A stretch of 63,926 bases of DNA, filler included, from Patellaria atrata CBS 101060 (Eukaryota): the NCBI GenBank assembly GCA_010093705.1. It is 13 parts of 12 records of this genome, joined end to end, with 100 filler letters (N's around TTAATTAATTAA, not from the genome) between each part and the next. Parts side by side here need not be neighbours in the genome. Positions count along the whole stretch, not along the records: positions 1 to 6,960 come from MU006142.1; positions 7,061 to 13,371 come from MU006144.1; 11 more parts are not named here. The stretch is one strand, 5' to 3'. Both the position numbers and the translations under genes were made by a program. Within the stretch, counting starts at the first letter, position 1, and each line of letters starts with the position of its first letter. A model generated the notes under the pieces. It was not told the origin of the DNA and did not search any database. It saw only the letters and a program-made list of their open reading frames with translations. Below, in pieces: positions 1-13,471 of this stretch.

Positions 1-282
1 TCTATCTAGTGTTTATATAATGACAGACCACCTTATTGATTAACCCTTTGACGTCACGAAGCCTAGCTACGTAATCTCCAAATCAAGGCGAACATAACGA
101 TACTACCTACGTCAGATATAAAATAAGAGATGACATCAAAAGAGTGAGCTAATGTTATAGTTTTGGTGATACTTAACCGATAAGTCGGAGCTGAGCATTT
201 AGCTCTGAAGATCTCCAACACGAACTCCTGGAGATCCTGACGATCTTCCAACATAAGGCTATCGGGGATCAGCCATCTGACA
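1..282 (-). mobile_element. Copia-type LTR, family R1 (partial)
   Basis: Near-identical to 15803-16084 and ~33997-34278. On the minus strand it begins TGTCAGATGGCTGATCCCC, homologous to the copia 3' LTR starting at 24919. It abuts base 5 of the DUF3505 element. Confidence 0.8.
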
Positions 283-804
283 GCAATGCTTAAATCAGTA
301 AATGTATAACTGATTTAAATGTGGACCGTGCGCACCTGAAGAGCAGGGGTATTACTGATTTAAAAAACTTGCTGCAAATCAGTAAAGGGTAAATCTTCAA
401 GTAAATGCAGATATAATTCGATAGAAAGGTAAAATCAACCTTACGCAATCAGCCGGTCAAATTAGATTTTTTATATCGCTTTTAGTTCCTTTAATGCAGC
501 CTACGATATAAATCGCTGGTCAGGAATGTTGATGGGGTCACTTTCTATCTATGCTTCCTACTGGCGCTATCCCTCCAACCAATTAAAAGAAGAAGAAGGA
601 GAAGAAGCGAAGAAAGTCTAAATAGAAGAAATAGAATATCTCCCTCTCTATTCTCTCTCTCCTTTATTATAACTCCCTTTTCATTAGGCTTATCAATATT
701 AATGGATCAATTTAATACCCTTTTTATTCATATTCCATACTATCGTGTCGCCGTTTATAAAGAATATCACGTTAGTATAGTAAAGGCTAATATCGCCCGC
801 CACC
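283..804 (+). mobile_element. DUF3505-element subfamily A, left end and ORF start
   Basis: Matches 24010-24517. ATG at 702 gives MDQFNTLFIHIPYYRVAVYKEYHVSIVKANIARH, a RIP version of ...VAVCKECHVGIVK. Confidence 0.8.
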
Positions 805-2121
805 GTAGCACGGCTAGCCGAACTTAGAAGGGGAGATGGCGATAAAAGTCGCGTATAAGGGATAATCTATAGATTAATTCTATATTAGATAAGATACGGA
901 AAATTTAACTAGCGTTAATATCTCTTCTTCTACTTACACTATATATTAACTCTTCTTTCTAGGCGTAGGTCTCTTTAATTATATATATATAAGCTACTTC
1001 TCTATTAAGCTAAATAAGAACTTTTCTCTTCTATATATAATTAATATTCCTCCTTATTAGTTATAATACTTTAGGGGAAAGTCTCTAGCCGCTCTTAACC
1101 GAAATTAATTTAAAGAGAAAGAACGCCTATTAAGGTTAATAAAAGTTCTAGATTTAAAGATATATCCTATTACTTTTTTAGGGACCGTTTACCCTCTCGT
1201 AACTTTAACGACGGATCGTACCTTAAGAAAATTAAGATCGTATAAGCTATATATTCTAAGTCTATAGCGGTCGGTATATAACGTTTTATTTATATATTAA
1301 GACTTTCCGCTTACTTCACTCTTTACACGAAACGAATATTTAAGACGAGCTTACCCGGTAACCACTCCTTATATATTGGCCACGGGGGGCGTTTCCCCCA
1401 GATGACGAAAATCAAACGGGGGGCTATCTCCTCTCCCCGTTATAGCTAACCCGTCCCTCCCCGCCTAACGTTCCCTTTTCGAGCGGTGAGCACCTCTAAA
1501 TCTCGAGTCGTAATAATATTAATACACCCTATATCACGAAGCTTATCGATTACCTTTCCGTTTTATCTCACTATAAACACCGGCTAACTCTATCCGAGTA
1601 TACTCTTAAGTAACGCTAGTTTAATCGCCTTAGTATATAACTAACGTAAGCACGTTTAATCGGTTAAGTAAGATCGGCCGGCTAAATATATATTAATCGG
1701 TTAAGTATAAAATTAAGTAGCGAAAGATAGTCGATAACACTCACGGCCGTTTAATTCTAACCTCGTAATAGTAGATAGTATAGCTTCCCCACCCGAAGCA
1801 CACCGCGCCTAGCTAATAATTTATATATAATCGTAGTGCTTACCTTAGTTTATACGTCCGCGTAAGAGCTTTATACGTTCCTTTAGGCGTGTTAAAACGC
1901 CGCGAACGAGTTACTAGACGAGGGTGCCGTCTACGTACACGATAAGATGTTTATATTCCCTATAATATAGACCCGCGCTAACTAGCTTAGCACGGTGCTA
2001 GCCGATAGCCGGTTCCGCGCCCTATTCTCGGATATGAGGACCACGAGGAAGGGCGCCGGGTAGGATAGTAGACGGAGGCCGGAGATATAACTCGGCCTAG
2101 TTAGTAGCTAGGTTAAATCTT

Positions 2122-4086
2122 AACTATAATCTCTAAATAATATATAGTATATATTATTTAATTATAGCTCGTGTCTAGCGAAGATAAGGGATATATATTA
2201 TTTATATCTTTCTCTAAAATAATATATACTCTAAACTATTGAATTTCGGGAATTTAAGTTAATAATATCCTACGCGTAAGCTTCGAGAATCTATCGATAC
2301 GCTCGTAGCCTTAATATCTTATCTAATTATCGAGATATACTCTTTATTATTAGTTCGCCTTAATCTTAGGTAGCTAGAGTAATATTTTAGTTTTTCTAGT
2401 CTATACACCTAAAGCGCTAAATATAAAATAAGCCCCTAAATTACGGTATAATATACCTATCTTATAAGAGTTTTACTTCTATATAATTTATAAACTAAGG
2501 TACTAAACTATATTTTACTATATAATATTTTACTAATTAGTCCTAGTGATATAGACTAATTCTATTAACTCTTTATTATTTTATTAAAGTGTAGTATTAT
2601 TATTTATAGGGAGTGCTAGGTTAGATATCTAGTAATATATTACGATATATATTTAGTAGTAAGATATAGCCACTTAACTATTACGGCCACAAGTTATAGA
2701 AACATGTAGATAACGAGTGAGGGGAAAGTAGGAACACCATTCGGGAGAACCACGGATGAAACCAGTAACAAGGGGTCACGTGACTAGAAACTATGGACGC
2801 AATGGACGCAAAGGACGTAAGGGGGGATCCACGTCCACCACGTCTAGGACGTCTAGGTTATAGATATAGTGAACGTAAAGGACGTAGAAGAAGATTCACG
2901 TCTAGAACGGCCACTACGTCTAAAAGGGTGTAAGCACCCCAAATTGACTATAGAGAATAGGAATATTTAAGGACGGTCTTTCCCTTATATATTTAGATTC
3001 TTCGTAGTTATTCTTACTATCAATCTTACCTATAGATTTAGATATTACGGTTTTAAACTTAACTTCACTTATTACACTATTTCTATATAGTACGTCTTAT
3101 CTCATTATAAGCATTACTTGAAGTTAAGGAGTTAGCAAGTTGTACTAATAACTTAAAGTGCCTTTATTATACGTATCCTATCACTTTACCAAACCTACCT
3201 TTATGGTTAACCACGTTAAGTGAGAAGCTAGGCGCGTTTCTAGACTTATCTAGTTCTATCTTGATAAGTATAGACTCCCGTTATAATATTAACCCTTAAA
3301 ACTAGGCGGGAGATCGCTTAATTCGTAGTCGATATTAGAGGATTAACTAAAATAGATAATTAGGTGGTTTAGCCGGTGCTAGGCTTAGCTCCGGTCCTAA
3401 AATTACTAATACACGATAATGAAATAAAGTGTACGGTAAGGATAGTAGATATACGATTATACGGCTATATATATTAGAGGATTATAAATATATATAAGCA
3501 CTATTATAAGAAACACGCTTAGAGTAGTATAAAAGGCCGCCGATTATATAGAAGATAAGACGTAGTAGGAGAGAAATTATAGATAGAGAACGTATAATAT
3601 TAGAAGTTTATAGGAGTAGAGAAGCTAGGGAGACTATTTAAGATCGAGGGTAAGGAAAAGATTAACGTAAAAGAAGGTAGATAATAAGAGGAGAAATTAA
3701 GGATAAGCTAATAACTAGAAGAAATATTTATCGATATATCTAGCTAATTAAAGAAAGTAGAGAAGAATATATATTCTATTATAGAGCTAGATAATAATAG
3801 ATTTATATCTAATATATAGCTAGATAGAGTAGGATAGATAAAGTATCTTACCGGTATTAATTATATCTAGCTACGCTCGTTAGTCTAGAGGCTAGGAACG
3901 TATAAGAGGACGCTAGTAAAGCTATACTAGGCGGTCGAGATAATAATATATAAGGTCTAGCGGTTATTAATAGCTAAAATTATAGGATTACCGTCTATAA
4001 ATTATATTAATAGAAGAGAAGCGGGGAATAATATTAATAAGAAGCTATTAAACACGCGATAGACTAGCTTAACGATAATTAGATAT
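2122..4086 (+). mobile_element. DUF3505-element subfamily C, RIP-decayed, interrupted by a solo LTR
   Basis: Starts ctt^AACTATAAT. The frame resumes across the LTR (…REC…SHLT / …TRREIA…VV.PV…) and reaches NYINRREAG..N.K.LN.R at ~4000-4060, homologous to 36665-36755. Confidence 0.7.
2679..3288 (+). mobile_element. Solo gypsy LTR, family L2, RIP-mutated
   Basis: Reverse complement of 23086-23696 with transitions. TSD TTAAC at 2674-2678 and 3289-3293. Confidence 0.9.
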
Positions 4087-4358
4087 TATAATAATATAGT
4101 ATAGCTATAGTAATCGTATTTTAATTATCTCTATTACTAACTACTAAGTATAGAGATTAAGTTAAGAAATAATAATATCGTGGGCTAAATATCTATATAT
4201 AATAGTCCTACTTTACTAAGCCTCGGCCCGACTATCTTCCGTTTAACTAATTAGCGCTTAGAGATCTTTTCCGCGTCTAATCTAATAAAGATCTCTTATA
4301 AATAAACTAAACACTTAGTATAGAAAATACGGGATTAGTATCGTGACACGTTATTATA
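4087..4358 (-). mobile_element. Gypsy LTR, family L3, RIP-mutated
   Basis: Collinear with 22566-22837; flanks do not give a clean TSD. Confidence 0.85.
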
Positions 4359-5149
4359 ATATCGGTAAAGTGACTAGAGATTAAGCTTAGTATATTAAGT
4401 TAAAAATATTATATTAAGATAATCTACTATAGATATATTAATAATAAGATAGACTAGTATACGTTAATAAAAAGTAATAAAGAGAAAGATTTAAAGGATA
4501 ATCTATTTAATATTAGATTTAGGTATAGGTTAAAGACTATAAAAGCTATTTATAGTAGGATAATCGATAAATCTCTATTTAGTATAGTTAGTTAACGATT
4601 AATATTAGATAATAGAGCTATCGAGATATTAATTCTTATAGTAACTAAAGGTAGTGAGCTAGTCGCTTATACTATTATAATTATAGTATCGTCGTAATCT
4701 AGAGTTTCTAAACTAATATAATACTATCTTTTAATTCTTATATTAGTACTATTTTCGTTATTTTCTAAGATATAGATTTTATACTATTCCGTCCATTTTA
4801 GTATATATCTATAGTATATAATAATTAGATAGAACCTCTTTTTTAAGAATTAAGCGATATATTTTATATATCTATAAATCTAGTTTATCTAATAGTTAAC
4901 GCTATATAAAGTTAATAAGAGATAGTATAAATTTCTTAAGTTCTAATTTACACTAGATAATACTAGTAATAAAGGAAAGAAGATAGTAAAGAAAGAGAAG
5001 AAAGAGGCTATAAAGAAAGAAATAAAGAGATAAAGAAGGATATAATTAATTAATATTTATAAATAGCTTAAGATATTAGTTAGGAGAGATATAAAGTTTA
5101 AGAGTATCTAAAGGCTAGCACTAGAGACGATTATATAATAAAAGAGCCT

Positions 5150-5763
5150 AACTATAATATTTAAGTGTTTTAAGGTCTAAAATACTTTTTTTTAGCGCTA
5201 AGATTCTAAAAACCGGGGGCTTAAAACACTTTCTTACTTTTAAAAGTGTTTTAAGGTTAAAATCTTTAGATATATTACGATATAAATCGATAAAAGGATA
5301 TAATTAACCTAGATAAATATTCTAATAAAGTTAGATTCGTTTATTAGCTAGTTTTTTAATACTAGACTATTATATTAATATATTAGGTTAGAATTCTTTA
5401 GATAAAGCAAATTTCTATCCGTGTGTATTACTAAGGGCCTTTATCTCCTAATCTAGAGGGAGAGTAAGCCTTCCTAGAAGTATTCTCTCCTAGCGATTAT
5501 ACCTTTATAAAGTAGTTAGTAAGAAAATTAGTTAAAGTTATTATTATTATAGATTAGTTTAACTAGCTTTTCGACTATATATTAAGATACGATATTATAA
5601 TCTATAGAGAGTATCGGATTGACTATTTACTAACGTAGTGTAGTATATATTTAGTAGTAAGGTATACGCACTTAACTATAAGAAATAGGAGAGAGATAGT
5701 CTAGTTTACGACCGGTATTAAAGAATTTACGATGATAGAAGATTAGGTGATCTAGCTAGTATT
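5150..5763 (+). mobile_element. DUF3505-element subfamily B left end, RIP-mutated
   Basis: gagCCT^AACTATAAT. Collinear with ~35420-36033, then cut by an L2 LTR. Confidence 0.85.
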
Positions 5764-6689
5764 TATTATAGCTATAAGATAATAAAGTGCGTATCACTAG
5801 CGGAGAGATAGCACGAGGACGTCGGAACGGAATAACGAGTACGGAGATTATATGACGTGATTCTATACTTCTAGTGATCTTAAATGGGAGCACGGGAGTA
5901 GTGGGAGTACCACGAGATTCTATACTCCTAGTGATCTTAAGTGGGAGTACGGGAGTAATAAGAGTATCACTAAATTAACTATAAAGGATAGAAATATTTA
6001 AGAACGGTCTTTCCCTTATATATTTAGATTCTTCGTAATTATTCTTACTATTAATCTTATCTATAGATTTAGATATTACGGTTTTAAACTTAACTTCACT
6101 TATTACGCTATTTCTATATAGTACGTCTTATCTTATTATAAATATTACCCGAAGTTAAGGAGTTAGTAAGTTATATTGTTAACTTAAAGTGCCTTTATTA
6201 TATATATCCTATCACTTTACTAAACTTACCTTTATAGTTAACCACGTTAAGTGAGAAGCTAGGCGCGTTTCTAGACTTATCTAATTCTATCTCGATAAGT
6301 ATAAACTCCCGTTATAATATTATAACTACTATATAGTAGGAAAGCGTATAATAGACCTAGATATAATATTATTAGCCGTAGCTAATATAAAGACGGATAA
6401 AGAATATATCTAAATATTATATAAATGTATTAGCGAACTTAAGAACGAAGGAATAGTCTAAAAACTTAGGGACTAACTCGAATAACTTACTATATAGTTA
6501 CTATCGCTATAAAAGCGGACCGCGAAAGTTAAAGAACCCACGCTATACGATAGTAAATAAGACGAGCTAAGAGGATTTCTAACTTAAGTAAGGATCTATT
6601 ATAAGAGAATAGGGTTAACGGACGATAATAAATATATACTCGATATATTAGCGTATCTTAAAGGAGACGCTTTAGAATAATTCGAACCT
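5764..6689 (+). mobile_element. Gypsy element: L2-family 5' LTR (5764-6319) plus gag remnant
   Basis: LTR followed by internal sequence translating KVKEPTLYD.K.DELRGFLT.VRIY…LKGDALE.FEP, a retrotransposon gag motif. Truncated by the DUF3505 element. Confidence 0.75.
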
Positions 6690-6960
6690 AACTACAATGC
6701 TTAAGTGTTTTAAGGTCTAAAACACTTTTTTTTGGCGCCAAGATTCTGAAAACCGGGGGCTTAAAACACTTTCTTACTTTCAAAAGTGTTTTAAGGTCAA
6801 AATCTTCAGATATATTGCGATGCAAACCGATAGAAGGGTGCAATTGACCTAGGTGAATATTCTGATAAAGTCAGATTCGTTTATTAGCTAGTTTTTTGAT
6901 GCTAGACTGTCATGTTAACATATCAGGTTGGAATTCTTTGGATGAGGCAAATTTCCATCC
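6690..6960 (+). mobile_element. DUF3505-element subfamily B left end, unmutated
   Basis: gaaCCT^AACTACAATGCTTAAGTG; essentially identical to 27056-27326. Confidence 0.9.
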
Positions 6961-7060
6961 NNNNNNNNNNNNNNNNNNNNNNNNNNNNNNNNNNNNNNNN
7001 NNNNTTAATTAATTAANNNNNNNNNNNNNNNNNNNNNNNNNNNNNNNNNNNNNNNNNNNN
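6961..7060. other. Artificial contig linker (N-run, TTAATTAATTAA, N-run), first of 12
   Basis: Identical 100-bp spacer with six-frame stops, also at 13372, 15703, 22271, 24518, 27370, 33055, 38830, 45059, 50158, 54797 and 59371. Adjacency across linkers is not genomic evidence. Confidence 0.98.
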
Positions 7061-10000
7061 GCTCGTTCTATATAGAACTAAAACACCTCCGCCTTCTACG
7101 GAACCTCGCGGACCATTCCAAACATTTACTTCCTCCAATCAACACCGTTTCTCTATAAACCCCCGTAAACCACGTCAGCTTACTGCCACTAAAGCTCATC
7201 TTCTTATGGGGCATCCTAGCAAAGAAGCAATTGACCATCTTAGTTCCAAAGTCATTGGTATCGCTAAGATTATTGGAGAAGCACCAACAAAGTTCTATTA
7301 TAAACAATGCCTAGCTAATAAAGCTTATCACATTATTTCAAGACGACCTGGAAGAGAACATGGTGCCATAAGACCATTTGAATCAATTGCTATTGACATT
7401 ATCAAGTTAGATGTAATAGGATACAATGGACACAAGTATATCTTTCATGGTTACTGTCTTGTTACTAAGTTTAACTTTGTCTTTTCAATTCCTAATCGAG
7501 AGAAGGAAACCCTTCTAAAGGTGCTCAAAGTCCTAGACCGTAGACTCAAGCGAGAATTCAATATCACATGCACTTTTCTCCTCATGGATGGAGAGAGAGT
7601 GTATAGCTTTATAGTAGAGGACTTAATAATCGCTTACTGCCACGAAGAAGGGATTCAGATCCAAGTCCGCGCGCCATATACACTAGAATAGAACAGTCCT
7701 ATAGAAAGATCTAGTAAAACTCTCATTAAACGCTTAAGATCAATGATGGTTACTGCAAAATTACCCATCTATCTTGCTCTAGAGGTTTATATCACAGCTG
7801 GTTATCTACTCAATCGAACTCCAAATAAATCACTGTAATGGGATACTCCATTTGAGAAAGTATATAACAAGAAGCCCTCACTAGCACATCTCCATGTATT
7901 CGGGTGTAAAGCATTTCCTCTGAGGAACATAATACCAAGATCTGATAAGCTTTCACCTCGAGCTTATATTGGCTATCTGGTTGGATATGATTCAACAAAC
8001 ATTTTCCGCATTTGGATCCCTAAAGCCTCAAGTAGGGGTCATTAAGGGAAGGTGATTCGCTCTCGTGATATGTTCTTTAAAGAAGATTCTTTCTATGGAG
8101 ATCAGCCTGATGACTTACTTCAAAATCAGTCACTTAAGGAGATGATTCGCAACATTGAGATACTAGAACCTGAAGCTGAAAGCTCTTCTAAGGATGAAGA
8201 TGTTACTAATCCTACTTTGTCTCCAGAATATGAGGAACAGCAAGAGTCTCATTAGATAGTACAGGATAAAGGCTCTACAATAACCCTTACCCATTATAAT
8301 GACTATCCTACTTCTAGATTAGATGATTCGTCTCAACCGCCACTATCTAGTACCTTAGACATAAGTAGCATAACTAGTTCTTAAACGATTATAGAAGATG
8401 CTTTACTAGAACAACCCATTTAATCTTCTTAATCATCTGGCAAAAGAAAACGCTCCAATACTGCTATTAACAGGGATACTATTGATGCTCAATTTCGTAT
8501 ATCAAACATTCTTCCTAAAGGATTAAAGAGAGCTAGAACCAAATCTCAAAAACAATCTTACGCAATTAGCCATTATTGGTCCACCTTTATAGCATCTTCA
8601 ACCAACAATAATAAGCATCGCTTCCACCGTTCTCAACTTCCATCTAAACCCCGATACTGGTCAGATATTCAAGCAATGATAGAACCGCATAAGCAAGGAT
8701 TTATTGCAGCCACTCTTCGGGAACTTCAAACTATCAAAAGAAAAGGTACTTATGAAGAAATCTTGTGGAAAGATTTTAACTCCATTGAACACGAGATTTT
8801 ACCACTACTATGGGTGTTTAAGTACAAATTTGACAATGAAGGTTACCTTCTCAAGTACAAAGCTCGAATTTACGTACGAGGAGATCTTTAAACCACTACT
8901 GAAGATACTCATGCTACTACCCTAGCGATCAAGATATTCCGCTCTCTTATAGCTATTGCCGCCTACTTCAATCTCGATATTAGGCAGTATGATGCAGTCA
9001 ATGCGTTCATAAACGCAGATCTTGACACAGCTGTCTATTGCCATCCACCTAAAGGATTTAATGATAAGCAACATCTTTGGAAACTACGTCGTGCACTCTA
9101 CGGCCTCAAGACTTCACCAATCCTTTGGTACAAAAATCTTACACAGACCCTGAGCAAATTTGGTCTCAAACCAGTCCTCGATGCTTCTTGCCTTTGGATG
9201 GATGACAAGCTTATCGTCTTCTTCTACGTAGATGACATCGTAGTCCTAGCAAAACCAGGCCACTCTGCTTATCTTGACTCGTTTGAGAGGAAGCTTCTCC
9301 AACGCTATGAGATCCACTCACTAGGAGATCTCAAGACCTTTTACGGCATAACCGTGCATAGAGATAGAGATAATAGCTCTATCTAGCTAAATCAAGGAGA
9401 CTATATCGATAAGATCTACCATAAATATCCATCCCTAAAAGCATTCACAAAATCACCTTAAACGCCATTGTAGGCAGAGGAGCTCCTTCCGTCCAATGAG
9501 ACTAAAAACGAAAGCAACTATCTACGTTACGCTCAATTGGTCGGATCAATTGGCTATGTAGCCGGAGCAACAAGACCAGATATCTTAAAAGCACACTCCA
9601 AACTTGCTAAGTTCTTAACCAATCCTACAGCAACTTATATTAACGCTGCATACTAAACTCTAGCCTACCTCTACTATACAAAATCAAAATCACTCGTTTA
9701 CAATGCCTCAATTACAGCAGACGCAGCCTTTATTCAGGACCACGAAGAACCCGATTTCTTTGGTGCAACTGATGCCTCTTATGCGGATCACTAAGCGACT
9801 CGAAAGAGCTCACAGGGTTATATCTTCTTCCTCTTTAGAGGTTCAATTGACTGGAAGGTAACACTCTAACGCTGTGTTACAAAATCAACCACTGAGGCTG
9901 AACTCATGGCCGTATCCACTATAGGCACAGAACTTATCTAGTGGTGGAGAGTCTTCAAATCTCTAAACTTTCATCCAGACAATAAATAGCTCTTATTCTA

Positions 10001-10235
10001 TGATAATCAGTAGACAATTAGACTACTTACTGCTGAAGCACCTAAGCTCAAAACAACTCTTCGTCACGTAGACGTGCACCATCACTGGCTACGTTAAGAA
10101 GTATAAGAAGAGAATATCAATATAGCATACATCGCTACAAAGATTTAACCTGCTAACGGTCTAACCAAAATACTACCTAGACAACGCTTCATTACTTAGG
10201 TTAACCTTCTCAATCTTAGAGAGTTTCCTATTTAA
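7061..10235 (+). pseudogene. Ty1/copia pol (pre-integrase, integrase, RT, RNase H) with scattered stops
   Basis: Motifs HLLMGHPS, PFESIAID, LPLLWVFKYKFD, RALYGLKTSP, FYVDDIV, TDASYAD, VTKSTTEAE and LRHVDVHHHWLR in copia order; in-frame TAA/TAG stops. Confidence 0.93.
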
Positions 10236-11059
10236 AATTCATAAATGATGTCCTAAAAGCTATAAGTCCTAACAAGATACAGGCATTCAATTTAAGAGGT
10301 ATAAGGCTATCAAGTCCCCTCTACAAAATCACGTGTGAGAGGTATAAGGCTATAAGTCCCCTCTATAAATCACAATTTCTACCAAGTTCTCTCCTCATTA
10401 ATAAGCATACATCTCAGGAGTCTAGAGTGAGCTGATGTCAGGCAGCCGGTGGGGACGCCCACGAACGATGCATTCAAGCCCTGAAGAGATTTCTCGATCT
10501 TCAAAGAGACTCGATTTTCAAAGAGTAACAAAATCTCTATGTGGACCTAAGTCACTTGGATTAGCTACCTAAGCCTTAGAGTTATAGCCACTTCTCAGCA
10601 CGTAATGAAAGAGCACTTAGACCCATATATTGCATAATCAAGGGGCACTCTATACTTTATACCTTATACTCATTTATACCTTATACTCAATACTCTATAC
10701 TCCTAAAAAGGAGAATAGTAAGCTTAACTAGAATATTCCCATCTTACGGCTAATCTATATTACTATACTCTATTTTAGGAACACGGTTCTAGATCTATAT
10801 TAGTACTTTTTTATCCTATTTTTCTTTTATAGAGTTTTTAAGGTTTTAATAAGGCTAAGTATATAATAGATTATATATAGTATTAGGATAAATAATAGTT
10901 TAAGGGATAGTTAGCTATCTTATTTTATATATAATAATTAGCTTTAAGATTTCTTAAAATTAAGAGAGATATATCGCATTTAATTAAGTATTTAATCGAG
11001 TATATATATTATCTTTCTTTAGTCTTCTTTAGATTAGACACTTTAATTTATATTTTTCT

Positions 11060-12910
11060 TTATTTTATATATTATTATTATCTTATATTAGTTAATCTTT
11101 TAAAACTATATATAAGCTAAGCTTATAATTATAAAATTAATAATAACTAAATATAATTATTTAATTCTTTATATAATTATAGATTTTATCTAATATTTAA
11201 ATAATAATAGATTACTTTATTAATTAACTCTTTAATATTATAAAGCTTAACTATATAATCTTTAAATTAAGGCGAATATAATAATACTACTTACGTTAAA
11301 TATAAAATAAAAGATAATATTAAAAAAGTAAACTAATATTATAGTTTTAATAATATTTAACTAATAAATTAAAGTTAAATATTTAACTTTAAAAATCTTT
11401 AATATAAATTTTTAAAGATTCTAATAATCTTTTAATATAAGATTATCGGGAATTAATTATTTAATAATAGCTTTAAATCTTTAAATTTAAGATAGAAATA
11501 AAACTATATAATAATAATAATATAATTAAAAAGAAAAGATTTATATAAATTTTAAAATATTATAAATAGATAATAAATTATATTATAAAACGCTATTAAT
11601 ATTATTATAAAAATTAAGATTAATTTCTATTATTAAAAAGAGAATAATATAATAATATATTATAATATTAATTCTATATTTTCTATATTAAATATTTAGT
11701 TTATTTATAAGAGATTTTTATTAAATTAAATATAAAAAAGATCTTTAAACGTTAATTAATTATAATAATATAGTATAACTATAATAATTATATTTTAATT
11801 ATCTTTATTATTAACTATTAAGTATAGAGATTAAATTAAGAAATAATAATATTATAAGCTAAATATTTATATATAATAATTCTATCTTATTAAATTTTAG
11901 CTTAATTATCTTTTATTTAATTAATTAATATTTAAAAATCTTTTTTATATTTAATTTAATAAAAATCTCTTATAAATAAATTAAATATTTAATATAGAAA
12001 ATACGGGATTAATATTATAATATATCGTTATATTATTTCTCTTTAATAGTAGAAATTAGCCTTAATTTCTATAATAATATTAATAACGTTTTATAATATA
12101 ATTTATTATCTATTTACGATATCTTAAAATTTATATAGACTCTTTCTTTTCGATTATATTATTATTATTATACGATTTTACTTCTATCTTAGATTTAAAG
12201 GCTTAAAGTTATTCTTTAAATTAGATTAATAGTCCGGCGTTAGTTAATCTTTAATTATAAAATTCTTTAAACTTATATAATATTCTAATAAAGTTATAAG
12301 TTAAATATTATATTTTATTAAAATTATATTTAATTTAATTTATTTTATATTATAACTTATTATAAAAGATATAATTTACTAAAATCTTATTTATTTTATA
12401 TTTAAGCTTATTATTTATTTTAATTAACGATAATAATTCTAGTTATTATCTAGATAATAAGTCTATTAATACTTTATAAAATCTATTTATATAAAATATA
12501 TTTAATATCTTTATATTAATAGATAAATTAATTATATAAAAATACCTTTTTATTTCTATTATTTTATATAGACTTACGTTTTAATAGTCTAGTTTAATAC
12601 TTAACTTATCCGATATTTAGTCTTTATATAAGATAAAGATATAATCTTTTAGTCTAAAATTTAATTCTCTTTAATATTTATTAACTAACTTTATTTATAT
12701 TACTTATATCTTTTCTAGATTATTTCTCGTCTATTTAATAGCGTTATAGATATATTTCGCGAATAATTAAATTTCCTCTTTATTTATCTTTTTTTAAACT
12801 ATTTTATATATATTAAAATTTATTCACTTTTACTAGTCGAAATATATTCGTGATTAATAACTAAATTTTAACTTATAAGGGGAAATATCTATTAATTTAT
12901 AGATTAATAT
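11060..12910. mobile_element. Two heavily RIP-mutated L3 chromovirus 3' ends in opposite orientations
   Basis: ~11430-11760 aligns to ~49850-50050 plus the LTR start. 11761-12900 is the reverse complement of LTR, PPT and chromodomain/integrase region. Confidence 0.7.
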
Positions 12911-13371
12911 TATGACGGCGTAGCGGTTATAGAGAATCGAATTAGATTGTAACTAGTATAACCTAACTATAGTGTAAAGAGATTAAGTTAAGGAAAGAAG
13001 AAGTTATAGTCGCGCGATCTACTAGTATCAAGCACGTAGCGGTAGAACCTCGGCGCGACTACTACTAATAAGGGAAAGTAGGAAATGATAATCTGTGACA
13101 TCGTCACACTACCCCCCCCCCTAAAAGTAGAAATCGCCAACTGGTTGCGGATTTCTGCGGTAACGTTCGCCTTATCTATACTCACTTTCGACGCCTTTGA
13201 ATCTGAGCTGGACCTTTCTTCTCGGCTTTGTCGTCGTCTAGATGTGGTTCCAGTTCGTGGTTGTCGGCCCGATAGGCTTTAAGCCATACGTTCAATCGGA
13301 TCGGAGGCCCAGCGTCTAATGGTCTCTCGTCGTGAAACTCCTCTATCTTGTGCGGGGCTCCGATGAAATTT
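12911..13371 (-). mobile_element. Gypsy family L4 3' end: LTR 12911-13108, G-rich PPT, pol tail
   Basis: Minus strand reads TAG-G-run-TAG then TGTGACGATGTCACA. Second copy at 37771 onward. Confidence 0.85.
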
Positions 13372-13471
13372 NNNNNNNNNNNNNNNNNNNNNNNNNNNNN
13401 NNNNNNNNNNNNNNNTTAATTAATTAANNNNNNNNNNNNNNNNNNNNNNNNNNNNNNNNNNNNNNNNNNNN

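Noticed and set aside
63..254. Repeated 63-aa ORF MLEDRQDLQEF… (also 15865, 34059)
   Set aside because: It lies within an LTR, and its recurrence reflects LTR copies. There is no coding evidence.
10436..10800. Possible 3' LTR of the 7061-10235 copia starting TGTCAGGCAGCC
   Set aside because: There is no second copy, clear PPT or definable end in the window, so it is left unannotated.
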